IMG/VR virus record: IMGVR_UViG_3300032282_006037
Coordinates: 9,609-73,608 of that record
Length of the DNA: 64,000 nucleotides
Origin: a virus
Lineage: Duplodnaviria; Caudoviricetes
Reading direction: 5' to 3' (one strand)
This document shows, in pieces, positions 28,698 to 39,119 of the stretch. The position numbers and the translations under genes were made by a program. The notes below the pieces were generated by a model that was not told where the DNA came from, searched no databases, and saw nothing but the letters and a program-made list of their open reading frames with translations. Each line of letters begins with the position of its first letter. The first letter of the stretch is position 1.

Positions 28698-29778
28698 AAA
28701 TCCCGCAGAAAGAATCGAAAAGATTCTTTTAGAACTTGGTTATAATTTAAATGATCGCGGTAAATATTGGCAAACAAATGCTGTTTATCGCAATGGAGAT
28801 AATAGAACTGCTTTACAAATTTGGAAGGATACTGGAATCTGGAAAGATTTTGTAGCTAACACAACTTATCAACCATTTAAAAAGCTTATTGAATTAAGTT
28901 GTCAAGATGACATAAGGCTAAAAGAATTTTTTGAAGTAATTGAAGATAAAAATCATTGTTTTATAGATGTAGTAAAGACTCCTAAAATGGAAGCTGATCA
29001 ATTTTTCAGTCATGATGAGGTTAAAACCTTACTTCCTCATTATCAATTCTATAACAATAAAAAAATATCTGATGATATATTAAAAACATATCGATCAGGA
29101 TTTGCAATGTCAGGTAAAATGAATGGCAGATTTGTTTTTCCTGTTTTTGATGAAAATCAAAAAGTTGTTGGATTGAGTGGCAGACACATGTTATGGAAAG
29201 AAAATTCAGCGTTTCCGAAATGGAAACATCTTGGCCGAAAAGCTAATTGGATATATCCAATAAATTTGCCTTCTGATATTTTCAGTAAAACAATTGAAGA
29301 AAAGAAAGAAATAATACTTATTGAAGGTATTGGAGATAGTTTAGCGTTATCACAACAAGGCTTATATAATCACCTTGTTGTTTTTGGTCTTGAAATCAGT
29401 TCAAAGCAATTATCTTACTTGATGTCTTTATCATTGAATAAGATATATATATCAACAAATAACGATCAAGATAAAACAGATAATCGCGGACTTCTTGCCG
29501 CTATTAAGATATATTTAAAACTTATTAAGTACTTTGATATAAATAAAGTTGAGATTAGACTTCCTGTTGTTAAAGACTTTGGCGAAATGCTTGAAAAAGA
29601 CATTAGTATCGATAAGTGGATCAACAAGAAAGTAAATAAAATCAGCCAAGTAGAATATATTCTTAAAGAATTGTATAATAATAAATCTGACAAGAAAATT
29701 ATTTCGTTACTTGAAGATTATCTGGAACAATTAAATGTTGAAAGAAACACTATCCGCCAGCAAGATCAAGACGCTTAA
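28666..29778 (+). CDS. DNA primase (TOPRIM)
   Basis: RFVFPV.D....VGLSGR, PKWKH and LIEGIGD motifs; follows dnaB. Confidence 0.85.
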   Translation: MEAMMYQNLTENPAERIEKILLELGYNLNDRGKYWQTNAVYRNGDNRTALQIWKDTGIWKDFVANTTYQPFKKLIELSCQDDIRLKEFFEVIEDKNHCFIDVVKTPKMEADQFFSHDEVKTLLPHYQFYNNKKISDDILKTYRSGFAMSGKMNGRFVFPVFDENQKVVGLSGRHMLWKENSAFPKWKHLGRKANWIYPINLPSDIFSKTIEEKKEIILIEGIGDSLALSQQGLYNHLVVFGLEISSKQLSYLMSLSLNKIYISTNNDQDKTDNRGLLAAIKIYLKLIKYFDINKVEIRLPVVKDFGEMLEKDISIDKWINKKVNKISQVEYILKELYNNKSDKKIISLLEDYLEQLNVERNTIRQQDQDA

Positions 29779-30772
29779 ATCTTGTTCTTGGTTATATTGG
29801 TGCAAGTATCCTTTAAAGCTTCCAGATAAAACAAATAGCGGAGCTTTAAAAGGAGAAATTGTGCATTTAGTTTTTGAATGTCTTGGCATCGATAGACATA
29901 AAAAGCATTATGATCTTATTCTAAAAAAGAAAAATCCTTTTGCATCAAAAGCTGTCAAACGTCTTGTTTTAAAACATGTTAAGAATAAAAATATTTATGA
30001 AGACGAGCATGTAGACGATATCAAAGAAATGATATATAAAGGTTTGCTTTATGATTTTTTTGGAAATAAGTTTGGTAAGCCTACAGAAGTCATTTCTGAA
30101 AAAGATTTTGAAATCGAAGTAAATGAAAATGACATAAAATACAAGATAAAAGGTTTCATAGATAAACTTTTTATCTACGGTAATAACAGTGTTGTTTTAA
30201 TACGCGATTTTAAAACTAATAAGAAAAAATACGAAGGCAAAGAAGTATCAGATAATTTACAAGATTATATGTATACTCTGGCTATTCGAAAGCTTTATCC
30301 CCATCTTGAAAATATAAAAATGGAGTTTTTGTTTTTAAAACAAGATTTAGATGTTGATGGTGTTATGGAAATGATACCAAAATCTAAATACGAACTACTT
30401 GGATTTGAACATGAATTAACAGCTTATCAAAAATATGCTGATGGTTTTACTGAAAAAACTGCTGTTTCAAATCTTGCATACAACCAAGGTATGCCAAAAG
30501 ATGGCAGCTTTAGCGGTAAATTAATGTGTGGTTTTGCATCTAAGCCTAATGAATTAAAAAAAGATGGCAATCCTAAATGGTATTGTACATATAAGTTTCC
30601 TTTTCATTACTATAGTATTATTAATTCTGAGAATAAAATTATAAAAAGCGCTTTTCAAAAAGAAGATTTGCTACAATATAAATTAAAAAACGATGAAAAG
30701 ATTGTTAAAAAATACTATCAAGGATGCCCAGCATTTAACAAGAAAGACGAATTTGATCTTGACAATTTTTGA
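29735..30772 (+). CDS. PD-(D/E)XK RecB/Cas4-like exonuclease
   Basis: LSASKI...C, G..VH, KGFID, DFKT and Q..Y motifs, plus C-terminal Cys residues. Confidence 0.8.
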   Translation: MLKETLSASKIKTLKSCSWLYWCKYPLKLPDKTNSGALKGEIVHLVFECLGIDRHKKHYDLILKKKNPFASKAVKRLVLKHVKNKNIYEDEHVDDIKEMIYKGLLYDFFGNKFGKPTEVISEKDFEIEVNENDIKYKIKGFIDKLFIYGNNSVVLIRDFKTNKKKYEGKEVSDNLQDYMYTLAIRKLYPHLENIKMEFLFLKQDLDVDGVMEMIPKSKYELLGFEHELTAYQKYADGFTEKTAVSNLAYNQGMPKDGSFSGKLMCGFASKPNELKKDGNPKWYCTYKFPFHYYSIINSENKIIKSAFQKEDLLQYKLKNDEKIVKKYYQGCPAFNKKDEFDLDNF

Positions 30773-30787
30773 TCGATAACATATATT
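30759..30787 (+). promoter_or_regulatory. sigma70-like promoter
   Basis: TTGACA-17 nt-TATATT; ATG at 30797. Confidence 0.65.
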
Positions 30788-30796
30788 CACTTGTAT

Positions 30797-31561
30797 ATGT
30801 TAGCTTTATTTAAGAGTTGCTATTCTATTGGTAAATCTATACTGACATTAGATGATCCAAAGAAAACTTCACCAGAAGGTTCTGATAGTATATTTAAAAT
30901 TGCATTAGAAAATAATTTAAAAGAGATTGTTCTGGTTGAGGATTCGCTGATTGGTTTCTTTGAAGCTTTTAAGAGATCAAAAGAGCTTAAGCTCAAATTA
31001 ATATTTGGATTAAGACTTTCGATGCGTAATTCTTCTTTGCCTGAAGATTCGGATAGTCAGCACAAAGTTATTATCTTTGCAAAAAATAGTGAAGGTTGTA
31101 AACTGCTAAATAAAATATATTCTAAAGCTTTTTGTGATTTTAGCAGTTTTTTGAATTATGAATCGCTCAAGGACTTGTGGAATGACGATGATGTAAAACT
31201 TGTTATTCCTTTTTACGATTCATTTATACATGTTAATTCTTTGTCTTTTGCAAATGCGATACCTGATTTGTCATTTACAAAGCCAACATTCTTTTTAGAA
31301 GATAACGGTTTAGCGTTAGACATACTTCTTCAAGAAAAGGTTTTAGAGTTTACAAAAAATAATAATTTTAAAACTCAAACAGCTAAAAGCATTTATTATA
31401 AAAATAACGAAGATGTTGACGCTTTCATGACTTACAAGATTATTTGTAACAGGAGTCATGGAAAAGATCGGTCGTTAGAAAAGCCCGAACTCGCTCATTT
31501 TTGTAGCGATCAATTTAGTTTTCAATCTTGGAAAAATAAAATTAACTATGGTCACTCTTAA
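30797..31561 (+). CDS. stand-alone PHP domain of DNA polymerase III alpha
   Basis: S.YSI..S, G..F......K.IFG and IFAKN.EG..L..I.S motifs match the DnaE PHP N-terminus. Confidence 0.75.
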   Translation: MLALFKSCYSIGKSILTLDDPKKTSPEGSDSIFKIALENNLKEIVLVEDSLIGFFEAFKRSKELKLKLIFGLRLSMRNSSLPEDSDSQHKVIIFAKNSEGCKLLNKIYSKAFCDFSSFLNYESLKDLWNDDDVKLVIPFYDSFIHVNSLSFANAIPDLSFTKPTFFLEDNGLALDILLQEKVLEFTKNNNFKTQTAKSIYYKNNEDVDAFMTYKIICNRSHGKDRSLEKPELAHFCSDQFSFQSWKNKINYGHS

Positions 31562-31913
31562 AATTAATAATCAAAAAGAACAACTTATCGCTTCTGAAGA
31601 TATTAGTTCTGGAACAACTGTATTTGTTTCTAATTGGTTTGATCAGGAAAGTAAAAATCCTTTTTATCTTCCTAAGTCAGAAATTAAGATGCAAGATAAA
31701 CCTTGTATCAGTACTGATGATTTATTTACTCCTGTATCGTTAACTAGCTTTGGTGAATACATCAAACCAGATGCTCAAAATTATAACACAACAGCTTTAA
31801 TTGATTATCAGAATAAACAAGTTTCTTTTGTTGCAGTTAAAAACATCAAGAAAAATGATGAATTGATTTATACCTTAAATATTAATTTTTTTCCTAATGT
31901 TACGATTCAATAA
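31548..31913 (+). CDS. degenerate SET-domain-like protein
   Basis: LIASEDISSGT and FVAVKNIKKNDELIY match the SET N- and C-terminal motifs. The NHS motif is missing. Confidence 0.5.
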   Translation: MVTLKINNQKEQLIASEDISSGTTVFVSNWFDQESKNPFYLPKSEIKMQDKPCISTDDLFTPVSLTSFGEYIKPDAQNYNTTALIDYQNKQVSFVAVKNIKKNDELIYTLNINFFPNVTIQ

Positions 31914-32526
31914 AGATCAAAAATATATTTGCTTTGATTTTGAAACTTGCCATCTCAATTTAGTCAATACAGACAATAAGCCTTGGCAATTAAGTTATCT
32001 TATTGCAAAAGGTAATCAGATTATTAAAGAAGTGGATAATTATATTTACTGGCCTGATCTGAAATTGTCAGAAGGAGCTAAAGAAGTTACTCGTTTTGAT
32101 GAAAGGCGTTATCATTCATTAGCTGCCGATCCAAAAGATATACTCTCTTCTTTTGAAGATTATATTTATGATAGCGACTATCTAATAGTAGGACAAAATC
32201 TTCTTGGTTTTGATGTATACATACATAATATATATCGAAAACTTCTAGGCAAATCGCCTGATTTTTCTTATGTTAAACGTATTCTCGATACAAATTGCAT
32301 CGCTAAAGCAATTAAAAAGAATATTAAACCACAAAAGGATTTAGACTTTACTTGTTGGCAGTATAGATTAAATGATTTCCGCGAAAAAGGATTAAAAACA
32401 AGCATAAAAGCTCAATTAAAAGATTATAAGATTGATTTTGATGAGAACATGTTGCATAATTCTATGTACGACGTTCAGATGAACTTCAAAATCTTTCAGA
32501 AGCAGCTTTGGCAAATCGAAATATGA
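31897..32526 (+). CDS. DEDDh 3'-5' exonuclease (DnaQ/epsilon-like)
   Basis: FDFET, N..GFD and HNSMYD motifs. Confidence 0.85.
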   Translation: MLRFNKDQKYICFDFETCHLNLVNTDNKPWQLSYLIAKGNQIIKEVDNYIYWPDLKLSEGAKEVTRFDERRYHSLAADPKDILSSFEDYIYDSDYLIVGQNLLGFDVYIHNIYRKLLGKSPDFSYVKRILDTNCIAKAIKKNIKPQKDLDFTCWQYRLNDFREKGLKTSIKAQLKDYKIDFDENMLHNSMYDVQMNFKIFQKQLWQIEI

Positions 32527-35075
32527 ATTTTTTACAAGACATTCAGAGTTATGATGACGCAATGTTGCCGGGTGTAAGATTGCCTCAAATATCAATCGAT
32601 AGTAAATATTATGATTTACTGAAGATTCCAACGTCTTCAGATAATTTTACTTTTCTTAAAACTTTATGCTATCGCAGTTTAGAGAATAAGAATCTAAATA
32701 AGAAAGAGTATGTAGATAGATTAGAGATGGAGTTGCAGATTTTTCATGAACTTGATTTCGTTGATTATGTGTTACTGAATTGGGACATTCTTAATTTCTG
32801 TCACGAAAATAATATTCCAACTGGTCCCGGTCGAGGTAGTGCTGCGGGTTCATTGGTTTTGTTTTTGGTTGATGTCACTAAAGTAGATCCAATTCGATAT
32901 GGACTTTTCTTTGAGCGATTTGTAAGTAAGTCTCGCGCAAAGAAGATTATCAAAAACGATATTACATATCTTGACGGTTCGCTATTGCCAGACGTAGATA
33001 ACGACATTAGTTATGATCGCAGAAATGAGGTTATTAAATATATTGAAAACAAGCATTTTGGTAAAACTTCAAAAATCTTAACTCTTAATACTTTATCTAG
33101 TAAACTTTGTATCAAAGAGTGCGGTAAAATTGTTGGCGGTTATTCTGAAACGGAAGTAAACGAAATTAGCGATCTAATTCCAAAACAATTCGGTCGCGTT
33201 TTTGGCTTAGAAGAAGCTGCTAAGGAAAACGATAAGTTTAAAAAGTGGTGCGACGATAATCCTAAGCTATTTAAAATAGCTAAGAAAATTGAAGGCTTAA
33301 ACAAGAATACTGGTGTTCATCCTTCTGGTATTGCTATTTCTTACTATAAGATAGATGAAGTTTGCCCTGTTCAGAAAACTTCAGATGGAGATTTAGTTAG
33401 CGGATATGATATGAATTATGTCGCTGAACTAATGGTAAAATTTGATGTTCTTGGATTAAGAACTTTAACTGTTGTTAATGAAGTATGCAAAATGTTGAAC
33501 ATGGATATGACAAGTATCGATCCAGAAGATCCATTTATATATGAAAATTTGCAAAATCTAAAAACTCCTCAAGGTTTATTCCAAATTGAAGCTGATACTA
33601 ACTTTAAAGTATGTAAAAAAGTCAGACCAAAATCGCTTGAACAATTAAGCGCGGTAGTTGCAATTGCTCGTCCGGGTGCATTAGATTTCGTAGATCAATA
33701 TGCAACGTATTCAGCTTCAGGAGTATTCCAGCTCGTTCACGACTTCTTTAAAGAAGAATTGTCTTATACTGGAGGTATTCCATTGTATCAAGAGCAGTTG
33801 ATGAAGATGGCGGTTCGTTTAGGTTTTACTTTAGATGAATCAGAGCAGTTGCGTAGAATTGTCGGTAAAAAGAAAGTGGATCAGATGCCAGCATGGCAAG
33901 GCAAGATTCGACAAAAGGTTACTGAACAAAATCTAGACCCAGCTATTGGTGATGTATTGTGGAAAGTTGCAGAGGATTCTGCAAACTATTCATTTAATAA
34001 ATCTCACTCAATTAGTTATGCTATTCTTGCGGCTTGGACAACTTACTTGAAGTTCAAACATCCAAAAGAATTTTTTCTAGCTTTATTGAAGCTTTCTAAG
34101 TTTGAGCCTGATTCTCATAAAGAAATCAATAAAATATCAAAAGAGTTAATGTTTTTTGATATTGAATTGCTTCCTCCTGACTTAGCTAAATCTGCAATCG
34201 ATTTTAACATTGAAGATAAGAATATTCGATTTGGATTAAATTCTATCAAAGGTGTTTCAGAAAAGACACTTGAATCACTTCAGCAATTTAGAGAAACCAA
34301 TACTCCTAATAAATTTGATATCTTTATTACAGCTAAACAAGCTGGAATCAATATTGGTTTATTGTCTTCTTTGATTCAAGCTGGAACATTAAGTTCTTAT
34401 ACTCATCGCAGATCAAGATTAGTCCTTGAAGCTCAAACCTTCAATCTGCTTACAGACAAAGAAAAGAAGTACGCTTATTCTATTGGAGATAAATATAATT
34501 ACGATATTCTAACAATTGTTAGTGAATGTGCTTTTAAGAATAAAAATATAAATCAAGACGGCAAGCCATTCATGTCAGATAAAAGAAAGGCAACCTTCAA
34601 GAAAAAGTACGATGAATATAAGAAAATATATGATCAAAACAAGAATCATGAAAAATTTGCTAATTGGGTATTTGAAAACAAACTGCTTGGTTATACTCCA
34701 TCTATCAAATTGAAAACCGTTTTTGAACAACCTGAAGCCACTTTTACTGATACTTTAGAATTTCAATCTACTTTAAAGAATGATTTAGTTAAAATTGTTG
34801 GAGTTGTAGATGATGTTTATAAAGGAAAGAGCAAAAAGAGTAATAATCAATTCTTTAGAATTGCTTTGAAAGATGAAGTTGGAACTGTGATGGGTTTATT
34901 TATGGATGGTGGAAAAAAAGCTCGTTTATCAGAGTATTTAGAAGATGGCTTAAAGATTCCAGAAAAAGAAAACATTGTAGTTTTTACTGGACGAAAAGGT
35001 GATGATGTGTTATGGATAGAGAACATTGCAATACTTGATGATAAAATTTACATGAAGCTATCTGACGTAGAATGA
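32523..35075 (+). CDS. dnaE: DNA polymerase III alpha, catalytic core lacking the PHP domain
   Basis: GPGRGSAAGS, PDVDND, HPSG, KFDVLGL, YQEQ, YSFNKSH and OB-fold motifs. ATGA overlap with the exonuclease gene. Confidence 0.93.
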   Translation: MNFLQDIQSYDDAMLPGVRLPQISIDSKYYDLLKIPTSSDNFTFLKTLCYRSLENKNLNKKEYVDRLEMELQIFHELDFVDYVLLNWDILNFCHENNIPTGPGRGSAAGSLVLFLVDVTKVDPIRYGLFFERFVSKSRAKKIIKNDITYLDGSLLPDVDNDISYDRRNEVIKYIENKHFGKTSKILTLNTLSSKLCIKECGKIVGGYSETEVNEISDLIPKQFGRVFGLEEAAKENDKFKKWCDDNPKLFKIAKKIEGLNKNTGVHPSGIAISYYKIDEVCPVQKTSDGDLVSGYDMNYVAELMVKFDVLGLRTLTVVNEVCKMLNMDMTSIDPEDPFIYENLQNLKTPQGLFQIEADTNFKVCKKVRPKSLEQLSAVVAIARPGALDFVDQYATYSASGVFQLVHDFFKEELSYTGGIPLYQEQLMKMAVRLGFTLDESEQLRRIVGKKKVDQMPAWQGKIRQKVTEQNLDPAIGDVLWKVAEDSANYSFNKSHSISYAILAAWTTYLKFKHPKEFFLALLKLSKFEPDSHKEINKISKELMFFDIELLPPDLAKSAIDFNIEDKNIRFGLNSIKGVSEKTLESLQQFRETNTPNKFDIFITAKQAGINIGLLSSLIQAGTLSSYTHRRSRLVLEAQTFNLLTDKEKKYAYSIGDKYNYDILTIVSECAFKNKNINQDGKPFMSDKRKATFKKKYDEYKKIYDQNKNHEKFANWVFENKLLGYTPSIKLKTVFEQPEATFTDTLEFQSTLKNDLVKIVGVVDDVYKGKSKKSNNQFFRIALKDEVGTVMGLFMDGGKKARLSEYLEDGLKIPEKENIVVFTGRKGDDVLWIENIAILDDKIYMKLSDVE

Positions 35076-37480
35076 AAAATTTAAATCTTACACCAAGAGC
35101 GCAAAAGCTTATCAAAGAAGCTTTAAAAGTAGCTTTAGCGCATAGAAACATCAGAATTACACATCTTCATTTATTTGATGCATTTTTAAATCTTAATAAT
35201 AATCAAATAGAAGAAGCTTTTTTACAATTTGAATTAGATGTAGTTAAAATAAAAGAAAAATGCTCAAAGTTTATAGATGATAATTATTCAGTAACAAATA
35301 AAAAGAATAATAAACCTTCTTTATCTGATTCAGCTAAATCTATTTTTACTTGCGCTAAAGAAATATCAGCTAAATTTGATCATAAATATATTGGACTTGA
35401 ACATATCTTTTTAGCTATGTTTGAGGTTCAGTATGATTTATTTCAATTATTTTTATCTAGCATAGATTTTAATTTTGAAAATATTGTAGACTATATAGAA
35501 AGTAAATTAGAAGAAGATGATTTGATGTCTATTAAAGAAGACATCTCAAAGCCAGAACAAAAGATGTCAGAATCTTTTGATGCTAGAAAATATAAAATGC
35601 TTAATACATATGCTTCTAGTCTTAATGCGCAAGTAATTTCTGGTAAAATAAATAATCTTCATATTAATGAAGAATTAATTAAAAAGATATCTGAGGTTCT
35701 TTGTAGAAAGACAAAGAATAATCCTTTGATTGTGGGTGAAGCTGGTGTCGGAAAAACGGCTTTAGTCGAATCGTTAGCTCAAGCTATTGTAAATAATCAA
35801 TGCTCTGATTTATTAGGATTGAAGCAGATTTATACATTGGATATACCAATGATGATTGCAGGTTGTAAATATAGAGGAGAGTTTGAAGAAAAGATCAAGA
35901 ATCTGTTAAAAGAAATAGTAAACGATCCTTATATTATATTATTTATTGATGAAATTCATACAATCATTGGCGCTGGAAATCCAGAAAATGGGCATGATGT
36001 CGCTAATATATTAAAGCCTTATTTAGCTAGAGGAGAAATCAGTTGTATTGGCGCGACTACTTTCGATGAATATCGCAAAACAATTGCTGATGACCCTGCG
36101 TTAAGTCGGCGTTTTCAAATGATCAAGATCGAAGAACCGACAAAAGAGCAGACTTTCGATTTGATTAAAAACATCAAGAAAGATTATGAAACTTATCACA
36201 TTATTGAGTTTACCGATGATGTATTAAGATTTATTATTAATACTGCTGAAAAATATATTGAAGGTAGATTTCCAGATAAGGCTTTAGATATTATTGATCA
36301 AGTAGGATCTAAAGCTAAGTTAAAGAATTTTACTAAAACGCCAGAAATGATTAAGATTGAAAGTAAAATCATGAAGGCTGCTAAAAAAGATAAAATTGCA
36401 AGTGAAAATCAATTTACTCCAAATATCCAATCTCTCTTATCAAAATACCAAGGAGTTGTTGAAAAATTAGTAAATAAATTAAAGAGTAAAAAATACAAGA
36501 TTACCGAGGATGATGTTTTACAAGTCGTATCTGATAAAACTAATATTCCTTTTAGCGATTTAAAAAAGCAAGATTTTGAAAAAGTTCAGCAAGTCAAAAA
36601 AGAACTTCAAGATAACGTTGTAGGTCAAAATGAACAAATAGATCAAATCTATAAATGTTTGATACGCGCTAAAGCTGGTTTTCGTAATCAGAATAAGCCT
36701 ATTTGTTCAATGTTGTTCGCAGGATCAACTGGAATCGGCAAAACGATGACAGCTAAACTTCTGGCAACTAATCTTTTCGTCAATAAAAATAATTTCATCT
36801 TTATTGACATGTCGGAGTATGCTGATAAAACAGCTGTAAATAAACTAATTGGTTCTAATCCAGGTTATATTGGTTACGATAAAGGCGGTGTTCTAACAGA
36901 AAAAGTTAGAAAGAATCCATATTCTTTAATTTTATTTGATGAAATTCAAAAAGCAGATGAAGAAGTTTTATTCTTGTTGTTACAGATATTAGAAGAAGGC
37001 AAATTATCTGACTCTTCTGGAAAAACAATTGATTTTTCTAATAGCATTATTGTGATGACTACTAATGTTGGCGCTCAAGCAGTAAATAACAATTCTATTG
37101 GATTTGTTACTGCTAAAAACTCTATAAAGACTGATGTTTTAAGTTCAGTAAAAAAATATTTTCCTCCTGATTTATTAAATAGGTTAGATGAAATAGTTGT
37201 CTTTAATCCATTACAAGAATCTCAAATCAAAGTTATTATCGAAAAAGAAATGAATCAGTTCAAGAAAGAACTGAGCGCTAAAAATATTAATATTGATTAT
37301 TCAGAAGAAGTTATAATGTATGTATTTAAGAAAATTCAGTTTGATAATTTTGGTGCTCGTCAAGTAATTAAAACTATTCAGCGCGAAATTCAAACCTTGA
37401 TTGCAGAAAAGATATTAGAGAATAAAGAAATTTGTAATATAAAAATTTCTGTAAAAGATAATAATATTTGTGTAACATAA
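35072..37480 (+). CDS. ClpA/ClpC-like AAA+ unfoldase
   Basis: Clp N-domain, [35 protein letters not shown] and LFDEI motifs, plus an IGF loop. Confidence 0.9.
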   Translation: MKNLNLTPRAQKLIKEALKVALAHRNIRITHLHLFDAFLNLNNNQIEEAFLQFELDVVKIKEKCSKFIDDNYSVTNKKNNKPSLSDSAKSIFTCAKEISAKFDHKYIGLEHIFLAMFEVQYDLFQLFLSSIDFNFENIVDYIESKLEEDDLMSIKEDISKPEQKMSESFDARKYKMLNTYASSLNAQVISGKINNLHINEELIKKISEVLCRKTKNNPLIVGEAGVGKTALVESLAQAIVNNQCSDLLGLKQIYTLDIPMMIAGCKYRGEFEEKIKNLLKEIVNDPYIILFIDEIHTIIGAGNPENGHDVANILKPYLARGEISCIGATTFDEYRKTIADDPALSRRFQMIKIEEPTKEQTFDLIKNIKKDYETYHIIEFTDDVLRFIINTAEKYIEGRFPDKALDIIDQVGSKAKLKNFTKTPEMIKIESKIMKAAKKDKIASENQFTPNIQSLLSKYQGVVEKLVNKLKSKKYKITEDDVLQVVSDKTNIPFSDLKKQDFEKVQQVKKELQDNVVGQNEQIDQIYKCLIRAKAGFRNQNKPICSMLFAGSTGIGKTMTAKLLATNLFVNKNNFIFIDMSEYADKTAVNKLIGSNPGYIGYDKGGVLTEKVRKNPYSLILFDEIQKADEEVLFLLLQILEEGKLSDSSGKTIDFSNSIIVMTTNVGAQAVNNNSIGFVTAKNSIKTDVLSSVKKYFPPDLLNRLDEIVVFNPLQESQIKVIIEKEMNQFKKELSAKNINIDYSEEVIMYVFKKIQFDNFGARQVIKTIQREIQTLIAEKILENKEICNIKISVKDNNICVT

Positions 37481-37484
37481 ATAT

Positions 37485-37688
37485 ATGCCACTTCCTAAAC
37501 CTCGTAAGAAAGAAACAGAACAAGAATTCGTAAGTCGCTGCATGGGCGACAATATGATGAATAAAGACTTTAAAGATCAAAAGCAACGAGCTGCTGTTTG
37601 TTACTCGCAATTTAGAATTAGAGAACGTATGAAAGGCGAAGCCAGTTGGGACGACGTGCGCATCGGTGATAGTTTAAATCTTCTATAA
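37485..37688 (+). CDS. small phage protein (MPLPKP...FVSRCM...QR.AVC module)
   Basis: Recurrent phage module; GTGTA motif at 37470. Confidence 0.65.
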   Translation: MPLPKPRKKETEQEFVSRCMGDNMMNKDFKDQKQRAAVCYSQFRIRERMKGEASWDDVRIGDSLNLL

Positions 37689-37689
37689 T

Positions 37690-38838
37690 ATGAACGAATA
37701 TAATCCTCTTTACAATGTCAACGCAAACAATGATGGCAAAAACGATACATTCGATTTTGCTATGCCTGACATTCCTGATCCAGTAGAACCAGTACAAGTC
37801 GAATTGAAAGATAAAGATGCTGTAGGTTTTAAGTTTGGTTTTATTGGTGCTGGTCAAGGAGGAAGTAAACTAGCAGAAACCTTTTCTCAAATTGGTTATG
37901 CTAGAGTTGGCGTCATTAATACTGCTGATCAAGATTTAGCAACTATCAATGTTAAAAATAAGTTGAAGTTTGGCGAGCAGCAAGGCGCTGGCAAAAATAG
38001 AGAGTTCGCTAAACAAGCATTTATTAATCACAAAGAAGATGTAGTTGATTTTATTAAACAGTCTGTTGGAACTGATATAGATCGTGTGTTTGCTGTCGTT
38101 GGCGCTGGTGGTGGTACTGGAGCAGGCGTTTGTTCAGAATTAGTTAAAACTCTTAAAGAATATCAAACAACAGTTAAAGCTACATCTCCATATGTTGGAT
38201 TAATATTGGCGCTACCTAAACTATCTGAAGGCAAAAAAGTAAGTGAAAACGCTTATGCTACATTAAAAGAAGCTTGTAAATTAGTTGAAGATAAAGTTGT
38301 TTCTCCATTAATTATTTTAGATAATGAAAAGATCAACGCTTTATATCCTAAGTTGTCTGTAAATAAGTTCTGGCAAGTAGCAAATGCTAATATTTGTGCG
38401 TTATTTCATTTATTTAATAATATTATAACCAAGAATAGTCAATATAGTACATTTGATACAAATGATTTTCGTACTGTTTTAGATTCTGGTATTATGGTGT
38501 TTGGCGCAGCTAATATCACTGAGTTTAAAAATGAAGCTGAAATTTCTAAAGCTGTTAGAGAAAATCTAAAGCGTAACGTTCTTTGTGGTGAGCTAGATTT
38601 AGCTACCGGCAGTGTCGCTGCTGCTGTGGCAATTTGTGATGAAAAAACTTTAGATAGCATCCCTCAAGAATATTTAGATAATGCTTTCAATCAACTAAAC
38701 AGAACATTAAAAACTAATAGCACAGTTCATCAAGGTATTTATAAAGGCGTTAAAGATGGATTATCCATTTTTACAGCTATTGGTGGCATATCAACTCCAA
38801 ATGGTAAGCTAGAAGCTCTTCTAAAAGCTAGTCAATAA
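37690..38838 (+). CDS. FtsZ/tubulin-superfamily GTPase
   Basis: GAGQGG, INT, GAGK, signature GGGTGAG, DNE, and T7 loop FDTNDF. Confidence 0.88.
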   Translation: MNEYNPLYNVNANNDGKNDTFDFAMPDIPDPVEPVQVELKDKDAVGFKFGFIGAGQGGSKLAETFSQIGYARVGVINTADQDLATINVKNKLKFGEQQGAGKNREFAKQAFINHKEDVVDFIKQSVGTDIDRVFAVVGAGGGTGAGVCSELVKTLKEYQTTVKATSPYVGLILALPKLSEGKKVSENAYATLKEACKLVEDKVVSPLIILDNEKINALYPKLSVNKFWQVANANICALFHLFNNIITKNSQYSTFDTNDFRTVLDSGIMVFGAANITEFKNEAEISKAVRENLKRNVLCGELDLATGSVAAAVAICDEKTLDSIPQEYLDNAFNQLNRTLKTNSTVHQGIYKGVKDGLSIFTAIGGISTPNGKLEALLKASQ

Positions 38839-38855
38839 GTGTAACATTTAATATA

Positions 38856-39080
38856 ATGAATAATAATTTCGTCCCATTTTGTACTTTTAATACTGGAACT
38901 ACTATTAGTTGCCCAAGCGAAAGAAGCATATATGTCACTGCTGCTTTAGGTAGTATTAGCGGTAGTGCTGGTGTTGTTTCAGTCGGTGCTAATCAAGTTC
39001 TTCAGCCTTCTGTGCCTGTTAAATTTGATTCAAACATCAGCGGCGCTGCTCGTACAATTTTCTATTATATTGCTGATTAA
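38856..39080 (+). CDS. small beta-rich protein, possibly virion-associated
   Basis: Gly/Ser/Val-rich 74 aa ORF; GTGTA motif at 38839. Confidence 0.55.
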   Translation: MNNNFVPFCTFNTGTTISCPSERSIYVTAALGSISGSAGVVSVGANQVLQPSVPVKFDSNISGAARTIFYYIAD

Positions 39081-39119
39081 TTGGTAGAAATTTTGCTTCG
39101 CAAGACTTATCATCTTGCG

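Noticed and set aside
29735-30772. Cas4-like nuclease as part of a CRISPR system
   Set aside because: No repeat-spacer array or other cas genes are visible, and the gene sits in the replication operon as is usual for phage exonucleases.
19346-35075. Inteins or introns in nrdJ, recA, dnaB or dnaE
   Set aside because: Protein lengths are normal, and no intein termini or LAGLIDADG inserts were recognised.
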